A stretch of DNA of 64,000 nucleotides from Chiloscyllium plagiosum (Eukaryota). The notes under the pieces were generated by a model. The model ran no database searches and was not told the DNA's origin. It was given only the letters and a program-made list of their open reading frames with translations. The stretch is taken from positions 14,601,429 through 14,665,428 of the forward strand of contig NC_057749.1 of NCBI RefSeq assembly GCF_004010195.1, given 5' to 3'. The stretch's first letter is position 1; each line of letters starts with the position of its first letter. Position numbers and translations under genes: made by a program. Of the stretch, positions 62,150 through 64,000 are shown one piece after another.

Positions 62150-63265
62150 GTCGCCTGGTGATATTATTGCCAGACTATTAATCCAAAAACTCAGGTCATG
62201 TTCTAGGGACCTGGGTTTGAATCCTACCACTGCTGATGGTGGAATTTGAATTCAATTAAAACAAATCTGGAATTAAGAATCTGCTGATGACCATGAAACC
62301 ATCGTCAATTGTTGGAAAAACCCATCTCGTTCACGAATGCCCTTCAGCAAAGGAAATCTGCTATTCTTACCTGGTCTGACCTACATATGACTCCAGACAC
62401 ACAGCAATGTGGTTGACTCTCAATCACCCTCTACAATGGTCTAGCAAGCCACTCAGTTGTACCAATCACTACAAAGTCTCAAAGAAATGAAATTGGATCG
62501 ATCATCTGACATCTACCTAGGCACTGGAAAAGACAACGGCAGAAACAGCCCTGTCACCCCTGCAAAATTCTCCTTATGAATATCTGGGGGCTAGTGCTAA
62601 AATTGGGAGAGCTGTCTCACAGATCAATCAAGCAACAGCCTGACATAGTCATACCTTACAGACGACTCACCACATTAAACACAGCGGCTACAAGATCAGG
62701 TCAGAGGCTGCAGTAAGTAACTCACCTCCTGACACCCCAAGGACTGTCCACCATTCACAAAGCACAAGCCAAGGATATGATGGAATTCTGCCCATTTGCC
62801 TGAATGCAGGCCCAACAACACTCAAGAAGCTGACACCATCCAGGACAAAGCTTCCTGCTTGATTGGCATTGCATCCACAAGCATCCACTCCCTCCATCAC
62901 CGATGCTCAGTAGCAGCAGTGTATACCATCTACAAGATGCACTGCAGAAATTCACCAAAGATCCTCAGCGAGCACCTTTCAACTCCACGACCACAAGGAC
63001 AAGGGCAGCAGATACATGGGAACACCACCATCTTCAAGTTCCCCTCCAAGCCGCTCGCCGTCCTGACTACCCGTTCCTTCACTGTCACTGGGTCAAAATC
63101 CTGGAATTCCGTCCCTAAGGGCATTGTGGGTCAACCAACAGCAGGTAGACCATAGTGGTTCAAGGAGACAGCTCACCCCCACCTTCTCAAGGGGCAACTA
63201 GGGGACTGGCATTAAATATTGGCCCAACCAGTGATGCCACATCCGACAAATGAGTAAACAAAAAA
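62150..63265 (+). mobile_element. Internally deleted copy of the tRNA-headed LINE
   Basis: Head, 5' UTR and endonuclease start match 30165-30700; near 62662 the sequence jumps to the RT C-terminus and tail matching 59575-60110. Confidence 0.85.
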
Positions 63266-63929
63266 AATGCACACATACATGTGCAAGCACTCATAATTTT
63301 GCAAATGCAAACACACAACCGTGCATAAAGAATCACTTTACACGCGCCTACTAAGCATGCTTACATACACTATTAATCATAACCACACACAATCATGCAC
63401 AAACACACACATACATGTACACATATAAATACACTATGATACACTTGCAGCTGGATGTTTATACAATCAGTGAACCATTGAGTCTCTTTGCCTGTGACAT
63501 TGGTCCCACAACCCGCTCTTTCCCCATAGCCCTGAAATTATTCTCTTTGAAAGTATGTATTCAATTCCCATTTGAAATTGAACCTTGCCCCTCCAGGTTA
63601 ACCATCTGATTTATTTTACCTTAACAAGATCATCGAGAGGCTCCTCACGTTCCTCTCCCTCACACAAATATGTTTATTAGAAGCTGTGCCTTTCTCAGTC
63701 CATCCCATTGGACCAAAACAAAATCTCTCCAAATGTTGAATCTGTTTATTATTAATAATAATACAGGCCAGAAGATTACAAGTTCTAACCCCAGCCTGTG
63801 CTGAATTAATTGATTTTTATTCTGGTTTGAGACAGGAATCACTCCTGCTGTGCTGGGCAGGGAATTCATATTAGCTACATTTATTAACTTTTTCAATAAA
63901 ATGTAAACACTGCAAATGCTGGAGTTTTG

Positions 63930-64000
63930 GGTGACACGGTGGCTCAGTGGTTAGCACTGCTGCCTCACAGCACAGGGATCCAGGTTCAATTCCACGCTCA
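63930..64000 (+). mobile_element. HE1-like SINE head (runs off the window)
   Basis: GGTGGCTCAGTGGTTAGCACTGCTGCCTCACAG...GGTTCAATTCC. Confidence 0.8.

Noticed and set aside
61816..62249. His/Thr-rich ORFs
   Set aside because: Translation of a CA-rich low-complexity tract.
13500..64000. A second host protein-coding gene upstream
   Set aside because: No recognisable non-transposon peptide in the ORF track or by eye; very small exons cannot be excluded without transcript data.

Overview
Eukaryotic genomic DNA, inferred to be shark (chondrichthyan) from its HE1-type SINE and CR1/HER1-type LINE content, with three N gaps. The only host gene I can support is a neuronal nicotinic acetylcholine receptor beta subunit, most like CHRNB4, on the minus strand. 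Coding exons 1-5 are at 13042-13000, 6490-6345, 4743-4699, 4606-4497 and 3185-2219, all with GT-AG junctions and compatible phases. The TM4 exon is not visible and probably lies left of the window. A 19/21 match to the RE1/NRSE consensus sits about 180 bp upstream of the ATG. The remaining ~50 kb upstream is intergenic and dominated by decayed retroelements: CR1, RTE, Tx1, Gypsy, SINEs and Penelope-like elements (PLEs). Two observations stand out. (1) A LINE family carries a tRNA-like A-box/B-box head joined directly to its endonuclease-RT region and is nearly free of TTTT on the sense strand. It occurs as a long copy, an internally deleted copy and head+tail SINE-like copies. (2) About 20 minimal hammerhead-ribozyme motifs from several PLE families are present, often as short palindromic insertions with 9-17 bp target-site duplications. 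Repeat boundaries are approximate and were read by eye.
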